Assembly: GCA_963792415.1 (NCBI GenBank)
Contig: CAWBVY010000006.1
Coordinates: 544,001-608,000 of the forward strand
Direction: 5' to 3'
DNA: 64,000 nucleotides
Source: Candidatus Deferrimicrobiaceae bacterium
GTDB taxonomy: Bacteria; Desulfobacterota; Deferrimicrobia; Deferrimicrobiales; Deferrimicrobiaceae
Below the pieces are notes generated by a model. That model saw only the letters and a program-made list of their open reading frames with translations, did no database searches and was not told where the DNA came from. The position numbers and the translations under genes are program-made. This document shows, piece after piece, positions 1 to 10,683 of the stretch (its first letter is position 1; every line of letters starts with the position of its first letter).

Positions 1-418
1 ACGAAATGGGGCTGCTGTTTCGCGGCGGGAGACACGAAATTGTAAGGGAAGCATAACATAATACGAATACGACATTCGGACGTGTTTTGTGCGGGAAGTG
101 CGGGTATTTGCGCTAGAGCATGGACACCCACGGAATGTGCGGCGACTACACGGGCCTATGCGGCGGACGCCCCCGATCCGTTTTGTTGGTCGAGATCCGG
201 GCAGAGAAAATTGAGGAGAGAACCTCCGGCGTGGACGCCGGTAGTGGCAACTGCGTGACCGAGATATCCGTGTCCAACCTCTTCAGGTCGATCACGGGTG
301 GCGGTGCCAGTCCCGCGAATGCCACCGCACCCGTTTTACACGGTAAAGAAATCCTGTCCCGCTGACGGGTCGGGAGAGTAAACGGTCTATGACAATCGCT
401 CACGCCTGCGAAAACAGA

Positions 419-445
419 AAGGGCGGGGTTTGCGGCCCCGCCCTT
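419..445 (-). terminator. Rho-independent terminator downstream of the small secreted protein gene
   Basis: Inverted repeat AAGGGCGGGG/CCCCGCCCTT, followed on the minus strand by TCTGTTTT. Confidence 0.6.
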
Positions 446-484
446 CAGATGCAAACGGTTCAAGCATCGGCCGTTTTACGTTTA

Positions 485-655
485 TTATCCCCAGGTACAG
501 GTAATCGGGGACCCATCCTTGCCCAAGGTACACTTTATCCCGGCAGGACCAATTGAAATCGTTTTTGCCGGGGAGGACGCCAAAACCGCGAATGCCGCCA
601 GAACCAGAACCGTACCAGCCAACGAGTTGACGGTGGATTTCTTTTTCATGCTCAT
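485..655 (-). CDS. Small secreted hypothetical protein (about 55 aa, two Cys)
   Basis: MSMKKKSTVNSLAGTVLVLAAFAVLASSPA signal-peptide-like N-terminus; G-rich RBS-like sequence before the ATG at 655 (alternative start 649); terminator downstream. Confidence 0.55.
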   Translation of the reverse strand: MSMKKKSTVNSLAGTVLVLAAFAVLASSPAKTISIGPAGIKCTLGKDGSPITCTWG

Positions 656-1081
656 TCCCCCCGCTCGAATTTCTCTTTCCTGAAAGGTAGACGCCCGGAG
701 CGTGAGCATGGTTTCCCGATCCGGGAAGTTTCCTCCGGGACCGAAAGGGGTATTCACGGACGATGATCATATCGCCGTCGGCAACCTTCACGGTAGCAAC
801 TTGGTAGTCAAGGTACTAAAGGATAAATACCCCTGCCCCAAGAAGTAGGTGGTCGTAAGCGTCTAACTGCTCGGGCGGTGCATCTTCGGCACGAAAACAG
901 AATGGGCGGGGGTGAAGTTCTGGCCAACCGGAAGTGGCAGGGTAGGCGAACAAGTATCCGGAGGATTGGTGGTGCCTGTTTCACGCGTTCACGTACTCGA
1001 TTGGCGGAGGGATCGGCGAATCTGGGAAGATACGGATCAACTGAGAACCCAATCACGAAACCGGCAACCCGATCAAACAGC

Positions 1082-1102
1082 GGCCCTCGCAATGCGAGGG
1101 CC
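1082..1102 (-). terminator. Hairpin, probable terminator of the 1145..1330 gene
   Basis: GGCCCTCGC-AAT-GCGAGGGCC perfect stem. Confidence 0.4.
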
Positions 1103-1144
1103 CCGCGAACAGGGTGCCGAGGATGATTCCGGCCGTGTCATCGG

Positions 1145-1330
1145 CTACGCGGTGGCAAATTCAACGGGGAGCTTCTCGGCGATGGACTTAAGAACCTTTA
1201 CCTGTTCCTTCAGTTCCCCGAGAGCCTTGGGGCTTTTGGCCCCGGACGCCCTCTTCTCTCGGTTGATGATATCGGTTTCCAGCATTGCCCTGAGGACGTG
1301 GATCTCCGTTCCAGTAAGGTTGACTTCCAT
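1145..1330 (-). CDS. Small hypothetical protein (61 aa, helical)
   Basis: GGGAGG RBS upstream of the ATG at 1330; MEVNLTGTEIHVLRAMLETD... has a normal protein composition. Confidence 0.65.
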   Translation of the reverse strand: MEVNLTGTEIHVLRAMLETDIINREKRASGAKSPKALGELKEQVKVLKSIAEKLPVEFATA

Positions 1331-1476
1331 AACGCACCTCCCTTGATTCCCCCGGAAGACCATACACCCTGTCCTAGTTCCATTTTACTTCAATGAGTGA
1401 GGTCTTTAGTGATCTCCTTCTTGAGGGGCCGGGAGGAAACCCTTGGGGGTTCGAGTCCAACGTGCAGCCTTGAAAC

Positions 1477-1513
1477 CAAAAAATCCGGGCACCCCATCAA
1501 GGATGTCCGGATT
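1477..1513 (-). terminator. Rho-independent terminator of the 1537..1839 gene
   Basis: AATCCGGGCA...TGTCCGGATT stem followed by a T-run on the minus strand. Confidence 0.55.
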
Positions 1514-1536
1514 CCTCCGCCCTGTCTCAATCGGGA

Positions 1537-1839
1537 TCAGTTAGAGGGGTTGTCGCTCCCCCAATACTGGTGGATATTCCCCTCGATCGGAACAGCTGAA
1601 TGATCCAAATCGGTCACATCGCTCTTGTCAGGCAGACTCCCGGTCTCTACCGGTTCCCTTATCTGCTGCGACTCCGCCACTTGAGCCGGTTCCGGCAAAT
1701 TCCCGGTTTCAATCTGGTCGGCGATGCTCCATGCCGGGCTATCTGACTGGTTTCCTGCTGCCTGCGCGGTTCCGATACCGACGCCTGCCACGAGCATCAG
1801 AATCGCGCCCGAAACAATCCCGATCGAAGACGTTTTCAT
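1537..1839 (-). CDS. Secreted acidic hypothetical protein with two ETGxLP repeats
   Basis: Signal peptide ending AQA; AAGGAGG RBS; IETGNLP and VETGSLP repeats. Confidence 0.75.
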   Translation of the reverse strand: MKTSSIGIVSGAILMLVAGVGIGTAQAAGNQSDSPAWSIADQIETGNLPEPAQVAESQQIREPVETGSLPDKSDVTDLDHSAVPIEGNIHQYWGSDNPSN

Positions 1840-1951
1840 TTTCGATACCCTCCTTCCCCAAGGCGAATCTCCTGGGGTTCGTCAGGTTAAAAACTGACGC
1901 CTACGATTAGATTATGCTCCTCATCCCAATTGTCCTTCGGCCTGAAAGCGA

Positions 1952-1999
1952 TTACCGGTAGACTTCCCCGACGATGGTTCCGGGTTTTCCTTTTTCCAT
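1952..1999 (-). CDS. Putative 15-aa micro-ORF (MEKGKPGTIVGEVYR)
   Basis: Strong AAAGGAGG RBS a few nt before the ATG at 1999; TAA at 1952-1954. Confidence 0.35.
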   Translation of the reverse strand: MEKGKPGTIVGEVYR

Positions 2000-2229
2000 G
2001 GCGCGCCTCCTTTCGGTTGTTTGTTGTTTGCTCTTATCAACAGAATTACGAATGCCAATAGGAGCAGTAATTGGAGTTGGCCCCTAAGTAGCTATCTTTT
2101 AACAATAAATACGGGAAACATGTTCGCGGGACGAATAACTACTTCCCTGCTTGGTGGTGATATATGGCCTACATGTCAGCATGTCGACATATTACCCATT
2201 AGTGGTTATCGGAGATGCGTGGAACACCA

Positions 2230-2363
2230 TGTCGAGCTCGTGGACCGAGACTATCTCTCTCACCGCCACAGCAACTTACGGGCGTCTACTCGGGGCTTGA
2301 AGTCCCTGCGACCAGCGGCGGAAATCCCCTCGTCCTGTTGGTCCAAAACCGGGGGGCAGGTCA
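2230..2363 (+). mobile_element. Decayed right end of an IS3-family (IS407-group-like) insertion sequence
   Basis: Ends in ...GGTCCAAAACCGGGGGGCAGGTCA (TGACCTGCCCCCC terminal IR), which reads LVQNRGAGH; upstream RDYLSHRHSNL resembles the IS3 OrfB tail RDYN.RPHSSL. Confidence 0.55.
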
Positions 2364-2711
2364 CATGCCATCGCATACCAGAAACACTTTTCAAAAAATT
2401 GCACGCACCTCAGAAGGGGTTTTCACGCTATCGGGGGACAATGCCGGGGAGGGGGGGGACCACTAGGACTATGAAGTAAAATGTGAAGCGAGCCTCGCCT
2501 AGCAGACACGAAAAGAACGAACTCCAGGAGAAGCAGGAAGCTGTGACCCCTGCTTGTCGGGAGTAACCCTATCCCCCGGAGTGTCGCACTGCCACCTCAA
2601 TAATGCCTGCTACGCAACATAGATGCGATTTATCGCGATGCCGTGGAAAGGTCCAATATATATCGTTTTGATGGTATGCAGGGTGGTATGCACGACCTGT
2701 TAGAAAAAAAT

Positions 2712-2741
2712 AAGGGGTTACGGTTTAACCCGTAACCCCTT
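2712..2741 (-). terminator. Terminator hairpin after tRNA-Glu
   Basis: AAGGGGTTACGG/CCGTAACCCCTT stem flanked by A/T runs. Confidence 0.75.
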
Positions 2742-2751
2742 GTTTTTATTA

Positions 2752-2829
2752 TGGCGTCCCCAGGGGGATTTGAACCCCCGTCGCCGCCGTGAAAGGGCGG
2801 TGTCCTTGGCCGAACTAGACGATGGGGAC
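2752..2829 (-). tRNA. tRNA-Glu(TTC)
   Basis: GTCCCCATCGTCTAG...CCGCC-CTTTCAC-GGCGG...GGTTCAAATCC...GGGGACGCCA cloverleaf with encoded CCA. Confidence 0.97.
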
Positions 2830-2837
2830 GCGCACGG

Positions 2838-2913
2838 TGGTGAGCCCAGTTGGGATCGAACCAACGACCCTCTGATTAAAAGTCAGATGCTCTGCCAACT
2901 GAGCTATGGGCTC
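2838..2913 (-). tRNA. tRNA-Lys(TTT)
   Basis: GAGCCCATAGCTCAG...TCTGA-CTTTTAA-TCAGA...GGTTCGATCC...GGGCTCACCA. Confidence 0.97.
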
Positions 2914-2953
2914 CCCCGGAACTGGTAATTCTACGTTCCGGGAGCGGGAAGTG

Positions 2954-5843
<2,890 letters not shown>

Positions 5844-6068
5844 GCGGGTCTCTCCTGTTTTCCGGTTCGTTGGTGGTCGTGGGGAAATGCAACTGCATTA
5901 CCTATCAAAGGGGCCCGGAAAAGTCAATCTCGGGATGCGCAGAAAACCCTTGTAGGCGGGCGCGGACCTTGCGAGAATGCGGGGGATTGGCAGACCCTTC
6001 TCCCGGCCCGCGGCCGGCAACGCGGCGCGCCCCGCGGGAATCCCCCGCGCGCCCATGCGAGGACACCG

Positions 6069-7193
6069 ATGAAACGAACGGTCAATTTCAACGCCGGACC
6101 CGCCGCCCTTCCACTGCCCGCGCTGGAGCGCGCCCGCGACGAATTCCTCGACTTTGCCGGAAGCGGCATGTCGGTGATGGAGCACAGCCACCGCGGAAAG
6201 GAGTACGAGGCTGTCCACGACGAGGCGATCGCCCTCGTGCGGGAACTGCTCGGCGTGCCGGCGAGCTACGAAGTCCTACTGCTTCAGGGAGGAGCCACGG
6301 CGCTGTTCGCACAGATTCCGATGAACTTCCTGGAGAAGGGTGCAACCGCACAGTACCTTATCACCGGTGCCTGGGGAGAGAAGGCGCTCGGCGAGGCGAA
6401 GCTCGTCTCGGCGATGTTCGGCGCCTCCGTCGCGGTCCAGAGCCTGGGCGTCGGCGAGGGGAAGGAGAAGAGCTACACCCGCGTGCCCGCTCCCTCCGAG
6501 GTGAAGGTCGCCCCCGGGTCCGCCTACCTGCATATCACCTCGAACGAGACGATCCACGGCGTCGAGTACAACGTCGACCCGTCCCGCGCCTTCCCGGCCC
6601 CGGGGGACGTGCCGCTGGTCGCGGACATGTCGAGCGACTTCCTCTGGCGCCCGTTCGACGTGACGAAGTTCGGCATGGTCTACGCCGGCGCCCAGAAGAA
6701 CATCGGCCCGTCGGGCGTTGTGGTTGCGGTGGTGTCGAAGCAACTCCTCGACCGGGGGCGGAAGGATATCCCGAAGATCTTCCAGTTCCGGACCCACGCC
6801 GAGAACAAGTCGCTCTACAACACGCCGCCCACCTTCGGCGTCTACATGGTCCGCAACGTCCTCTCCTGGCTCAAGGGACAGGGGGGGCTCGCCGGGATGG
6901 AGGCAATCAACCGGAAGAAGGCGGCGCGCCTCTACGGCGTCATCGACGGCAACCCGGAATTTTTCCGTTCGCCGGTGGAGCGGGAGAGCCGCTCGGTGAT
7001 GAACGTGGTCTTCCGGCTTCCGGCCCCCGAACTCGAAGAGCGGTTCATCGCCGAGGCGAAGAAACAGGGGATGATCGGCCTCAAGGGACACCGCTCCGTC
7101 GGGGGGATCCGGGCTTCGATCTACAACGCCGTTCCGTACGAATGGGTGGAGACGCTCGCCGCCTTCATGGAGGCGTTCGCGCGGGCGAAGTGA
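6069..7193 (+). CDS. serC: Phosphoserine aminotransferase
   Basis: [58 protein letters not shown]; real start is the ATG at 6069. Confidence 0.97.
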   Translation: MKRTVNFNAGPAALPLPALERARDEFLDFAGSGMSVMEHSHRGKEYEAVHDEAIALVRELLGVPASYEVLLLQGGATALFAQIPMNFLEKGATAQYLITGAWGEKALGEAKLVSAMFGASVAVQSLGVGEGKEKSYTRVPAPSEVKVAPGSAYLHITSNETIHGVEYNVDPSRAFPAPGDVPLVADMSSDFLWRPFDVTKFGMVYAGAQKNIGPSGVVVAVVSKQLLDRGRKDIPKIFQFRTHAENKSLYNTPPTFGVYMVRNVLSWLKGQGGLAGMEAINRKKAARLYGVIDGNPEFFRSPVERESRSVMNVVFRLPAPELEERFIAEAKKQGMIGLKGHRSVGGIRASIYNAVPYEWVETLAAFMEAFARAK

Positions 7194-7207
7194 GAGGCGC
7201 CGAGGCG

Positions 7208-7654
7208 ATGAGCGTCCGCGGCGTGCGCATTCCGGCGGGACTGCTGGCGGCCCTGGCCGGCATTCTCTGCTTCGCCCCGGCGCTCGTCGCCTCGGACGGA
7301 TCCCGGCGCGGCGACTCGCACGCGCATTTCCGGAACCCGGACCAGTGCCCGAAATGCCACCCCTCCCCGGGTTCCGAGCTGGCTCCAGGACGCCTCTCGA
7401 TCGAAGCGGACGCCTTCTGCCTTGAATGCCACACGAAGGAAAGCCTGGGGCGCTCCCACCCCGTGAACGTGCGCCCGGAAGAGAAGCACCGCAAGATGAA
7501 GGTGCCCCCCGACCTCCGGCTGGATGACGACGGCCGGATCACGTGCCTGACCTGCCACACGGCGCACGGCCCGTATGCGCCGTACTTCCTCCGCAGGTCG
7601 GGTCCGGACCGCGGCTTCGATCTGCTTTGCGAAGCGTGCCACGGAAAACGATGA
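7208..7654 (+). CDS. Periplasmic tetraheme c-type cytochrome
   Basis: Signal peptide plus CPKCH, CLECH, CLTCH and CEACH. Confidence 0.88.
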   Translation: MSVRGVRIPAGLLAALAGILCFAPALVASDGSRRGDSHAHFRNPDQCPKCHPSPGSELAPGRLSIEADAFCLECHTKESLGRSHPVNVRPEEKHRKMKVPPDLRLDDDGRITCLTCHTAHGPYAPYFLRRSGPDRGFDLLCEACHGKR

Positions 7655-8205
7655 AGAACCGGATCCTGCAGCAGCGACAACCCAGGGTCCGCTACGTAAA
7701 TCCCCGCTTCCAGGGCCCGGCGGTGCTGGCGTTCACCGCCATCATCGCGATCGGGGGCGTGATCTTCTGGAAACTGGTCGACAGCGAGTTCCAGCGCATC
7801 TTCCTGCAAACCGCCATCCGGGGACACTACACGTTCGTCTCCGCGTACGACATCGTCCGGGATCTGCTCTCCTGGCACCTGGCGGGTCTCTTCCTCGGCG
7901 TATTTCTGGCCGGTTCGGTCCTTGTCCTGCTCCTTGTCGCTGCCACACGTCACGGCATCGGCAAGGCCGTCGACTCCCTTCGGGCGTCTGCGGACAGGGA
8001 CCTGTCCACCCCCATCGCCACGGGGACCATCGGCGAATTCGCCCGGTTCGGGGAAAAGATCGACGCCGCGCGCTCCGACACCCTCGCCTCCGTCCAGGAG
8101 ATCCGGAACGAGGCGGCGGCCCTCGCAGCGGGGGGGATCTCCCCGGAGGAGTTCCGGCTCCGATGGGACGAGTTGAAGCAGCGGATCCGGAGGATCGCCT
8201 CATGA
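7651..8205 (+). CDS. Two-TM membrane protein with HAMP-like segment and no output domain
   Basis: ATGA overlap with the cytochrome gene; two hydrophobic helices followed by DLSTPI...GEFARFG HAMP-like pattern. Confidence 0.7.
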   Translation: MKNRILQQRQPRVRYVNPRFQGPAVLAFTAIIAIGGVIFWKLVDSEFQRIFLQTAIRGHYTFVSAYDIVRDLLSWHLAGLFLGVFLAGSVLVLLLVAATRHGIGKAVDSLRASADRDLSTPIATGTIGEFARFGEKIDAARSDTLASVQEIRNEAAALAAGGISPEEFRLRWDELKQRIRRIAS

Positions 8206-8759
8206 GCGGGCCCGAAGCGGGGGGCAACACCCCCCTGATCCACCCCCGGTACGTCTTCGGTCTTCTGCTCCGTCTCTGCGTCAACTTCGCCGGGGGGGTG
8301 GGCATTCTTTTCGTCATCCTCTACTTCGCCCTCTCCCGGCCGCTCCCCGGGGACTACGGAGAGGTCTTCCTGGCCCTGCGCAACCTCTCCCCGTTCCTCC
8401 GGCCGATCCTCGCCGTCTCCGTCCTTGTGTACGCACTGCTGGCCTGCGGCTCGACGGCGGCCCTTTGCGTCTTCATCCTCCCCAAGGTGGCGGGGCCGTT
8501 GTACCGGATGGAACGGATCGTGGAACAGTATCGCTCCGGCGCCCACACGCGGACGGTCTCCTTCCGGCACGACGACCAGATCCAGCCGCTCGCGCATGCG
8601 TTCAATCACTGGATCGGAACCCTCCGCCGGGACCGCCAACGGTGGCTGGCCACGATGATGGACGCGGAACGACACTGCCTCCAGGACGAGGCGACGTGCC
8701 GCGTAAAAATGGAGGATGCGCTCCGGAAGGTCGCCGGGGACATGGGGAGATATCGCTGA
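8202..8759 (+). CDS. Two-TM membrane protein with HAMP domain and no output domain
   Basis: ATGA overlap; KVAGPLYRMERIV...FRHDDQIQPLAHAFN HAMP motif. Confidence 0.75.
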   Translation: MSGPEAGGNTPLIHPRYVFGLLLRLCVNFAGGVGILFVILYFALSRPLPGDYGEVFLALRNLSPFLRPILAVSVLVYALLACGSTAALCVFILPKVAGPLYRMERIVEQYRSGAHTRTVSFRHDDQIQPLAHAFNHWIGTLRRDRQRWLATMMDAERHCLQDEATCRVKMEDALRKVAGDMGRYR

Positions 8760-8769
8760 AAATAAAAGA

Positions 8770-8794
8770 GGCGGGGGGATTGTGTCCCCCCGCC
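8770..8794 (-). terminator. Terminator hairpin between convergent genes
   Basis: GGCGGGGGGA-TTGTG-TCCCCCCGCC with a T-rich tail on the minus strand. Confidence 0.7.
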
Positions 8795-8847
8795 CGCGGG
8801 TCCATGGAAAGCCCTTGTGGGGCCGGACCGCTACCCGGAAAAACGGG

Positions 8848-9147
8848 TTACTTCTTCTCCGCCGGCGTTGCAGGGGCCGCCGCAGGGGCCTTCTCGGCTG
8901 CCGGCTTCGCCTCTTCCTTCGGCGCCGCCTTCTTCGACTTCTTGGAGGACTTCTTCGACTTCTTCTCGGCCTTCTTGTCGGCCTTCTTCTCGGGCGCAGG
9001 GGCCTTCTCCGCTGCCGGGGCCGCCGCAGGAGCCTTCTCCATTGCCGGGGCCGCCGCAGGAGCCGCCGCCTTCTCCGCCGCGACCGCGAAGCCCACGACC
9101 GAGAACGCAAACGCAACTGCCATTACTACCGCGAAAATCTTCTTCAT
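8848..9147 (-). CDS. Secreted Ala/Lys/Pro-rich low-complexity protein (Asr-like)
   Basis: MKKIFAVVMAVAFAFSVVGFAVA signal peptide; EKAPAAAPA repeats; KKSKKSSKK basic tract; GGAGGGG RBS. Confidence 0.8.
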   Translation of the reverse strand: MKKIFAVVMAVAFAFSVVGFAVAAEKAAAPAAAPAMEKAPAAAPAAEKAPAPEKKADKKAEKKSKKSSKKSKKAAPKEEAKPAAEKAPAAAPATPAEKK

Positions 9148-9194
9148 TTCGTTTCCCCTCCAAAGGGAGTATTTGAATTCCTGGAAGGGGAACA

Positions 9195-9210
9195 TACAAG
9201 GATGGTGCCA
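9195..9210 (-). promoter_or_regulatory. Sigma-54 (-24/-12) promoter for the Asr-like gene
   Basis: TGGCAC-CATCC-TTGTA, one mismatch to TGGCAC-N5-TTGCW. Confidence 0.6.
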
Positions 9211-9284
9211 ACCGCTCCGGCGGATGCAACCACAGGAACTTCATCAGGTTTCCAACAACGGCCCGCAAAGACTCCTCCCCGTTC

Positions 9285-9320
9285 TTCCCCAATTGAGGCA
9301 AGCATTCCCCATTTGAGGAA
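9285..9320. promoter_or_regulatory. Tandem putative enhancer (activator-binding) sites
   Basis: TTCCCCAATTGAGGCA and TTCCCCATTTGAGGAA, near-palindromes 20 bp apart, upstream of the sigma-54 promoter. Confidence 0.55.
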
Positions 9321-9324
9321 CCGA

Positions 9325-10683
9325 TCAGGGAGGAAGGATCCCGAACTTCCTCAACCGGTAGATGTACGCCTTGTAGCTCATCCGGAGCAGTTCGGCCCCC
9401 CGGGTGTGAACCCCCCCGGAACGCCCCACCGCCTGCCGCAGCAGGTGCTCCTCGACCTTCTCGAACTCCACCCCCTGGGGAGGAAGGTCGAACGCCCTCG
9501 CGGGGACGGCATCCGCACCCTCCCGCAGTTCCAGCGGCAACTCCCCGGGCCCGATCTTCCCGCCTTCCGCGAGGACGACCGCCCGTTCGACGACGGAGGA
9601 GAGTTCACGGACGTTCCCGGGCCACGGGTACCGCATCAGGAGCCGCATCGCCTCCTTCGTGATCTCGCGCACGGGGGGGACGCCCTTCTCGCCGTGCTTC
9701 GCGAGGAAGTGCTCCGCAAGAAGGGGGATGTCGGAGATCCGGTCCCGCAGGGGCGGGAGGGTGAGCTTCACGATGTTCAACCGGTAGAAGAGGTCCGCCC
9801 GGAACTTCCCCTCCCGCACCGCTTCGTCGAGATCCCGGTTCGTCGCGGCAACGATCCGGACGTCGACGGGGATGTTCTCCTTCCCGCCGATCCGGCGGAC
9901 CTCCTTTTCCTGCAGGGCGCGCAGCAATTTCGCCTGCGTCTCCAGCTTGACCTCCGCGATCTCGTCGAGGAAGATCGTCCCCCCTCCGGCCGCCTCGAAA
10001 AGACCGATCTCCCTGCGCACCGCGCCGGTAAACGCACCCCGCTCGTGGCCGAACAGTTCGCTCTCGAACAGGGTGTCCGGAAGGGAAGCGCAGTTGACCG
10101 CGAGGAACGGGGCGGCGCTGCGGCCGCTCATGGAATGGACGTTGCGGGCGATCACCTCCTTCCCGGTGCCGCTCTCGCCCGTGAGGAGGATGGTGCTCTC
10201 GCTTCTGGCGACGCGGGGCAGGATTCGCTTGATCTCGCGGATCGCGGCGTGCTCGCCCAGGATCGGGACGGATCCGGGGAAGAGCTTCTCCGACAGCATC
10301 CGATGGGACTCGCGCAGGTGCAGGTTCTCGATGGCCCGTTCGACGATGATCAGAAGGCGGGCCCGGTCGACCGGCTTTTCGAAGAAGTAGTACGCCCCCT
10401 TCTTGATCGCGTCGACCGCCGCTTGGATCGTGCCGTAGGCGCTGCTGAGCAGGATGGGCATCCCGGGGCTGCGGGCGAGGACCGAGTCGATCAGTTCCTC
10501 CCCCGTCATCCCCGGCATGACAAGGTCGGTGATCACAAGGTCGACCGCCTCCCGCTCGAGGATCCGCAGCGCCTCCGCCCCCCCGGAGGCCAGCAGCGGG
10601 TTGTACCCCGCGCTCTTGAGGATCGCGCCGAGAATCTCCCGCTGGTTGCGTTCGTCGTCGACGACGAGGACGGTTCCTTTCAT
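9325..10683 (-). CDS. Sigma-54-dependent response regulator (NtrC family: REC-AAA+-HTH)
   Basis: VLVVDDE, GESGTGKE, ESELFGHERGAFTGA, FLDEI, WPGNVREL. Confidence 0.95.
   Translation of the reverse strand: MKGTVLVVDDERNQREILGAILKSAGYNPLLASGGAEALRILEREAVDLVITDLVMPGMTGEELIDSVLARSPGMPILLSSAYGTIQAAVDAIKKGAYYFFEKPVDRARLLIIVERAIENLHLRESHRMLSEKLFPGSVPILGEHAAIREIKRILPRVARSESTILLTGESGTGKEVIARNVHSMSGRSAAPFLAVNCASLPDTLFESELFGHERGAFTGAVRREIGLFEAAGGGTIFLDEIAEVKLETQAKLLRALQEKEVRRIGGKENIPVDVRIVAATNRDLDEAVREGKFRADLFYRLNIVKLTLPPLRDRISDIPLLAEHFLAKHGEKGVPPVREITKEAMRLLMRYPWPGNVRELSSVVERAVVLAEGGKIGPGELPLELREGADAVPARAFDLPPQGVEFEKVEEHLLRQAVGRSGGVHTRGAELLRMSYKAYIYRLRKFGILPP

Noticed and set aside
120-365. 81-aa ORF at the window start
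   Set aside because: No RBS or recognisable motif; it cannot be supported as a gene
1445-1460. GGTTCGAGTCC T-loop-like sequence
   Set aside because: No matching T-stem or cloverleaf could be built around it
2043-2058. Sigma-54-like TGGCA element upstream of the 15-aa ORF
   Set aside because: The -12 element reads TTCT rather than TTGC, which is too weak to call
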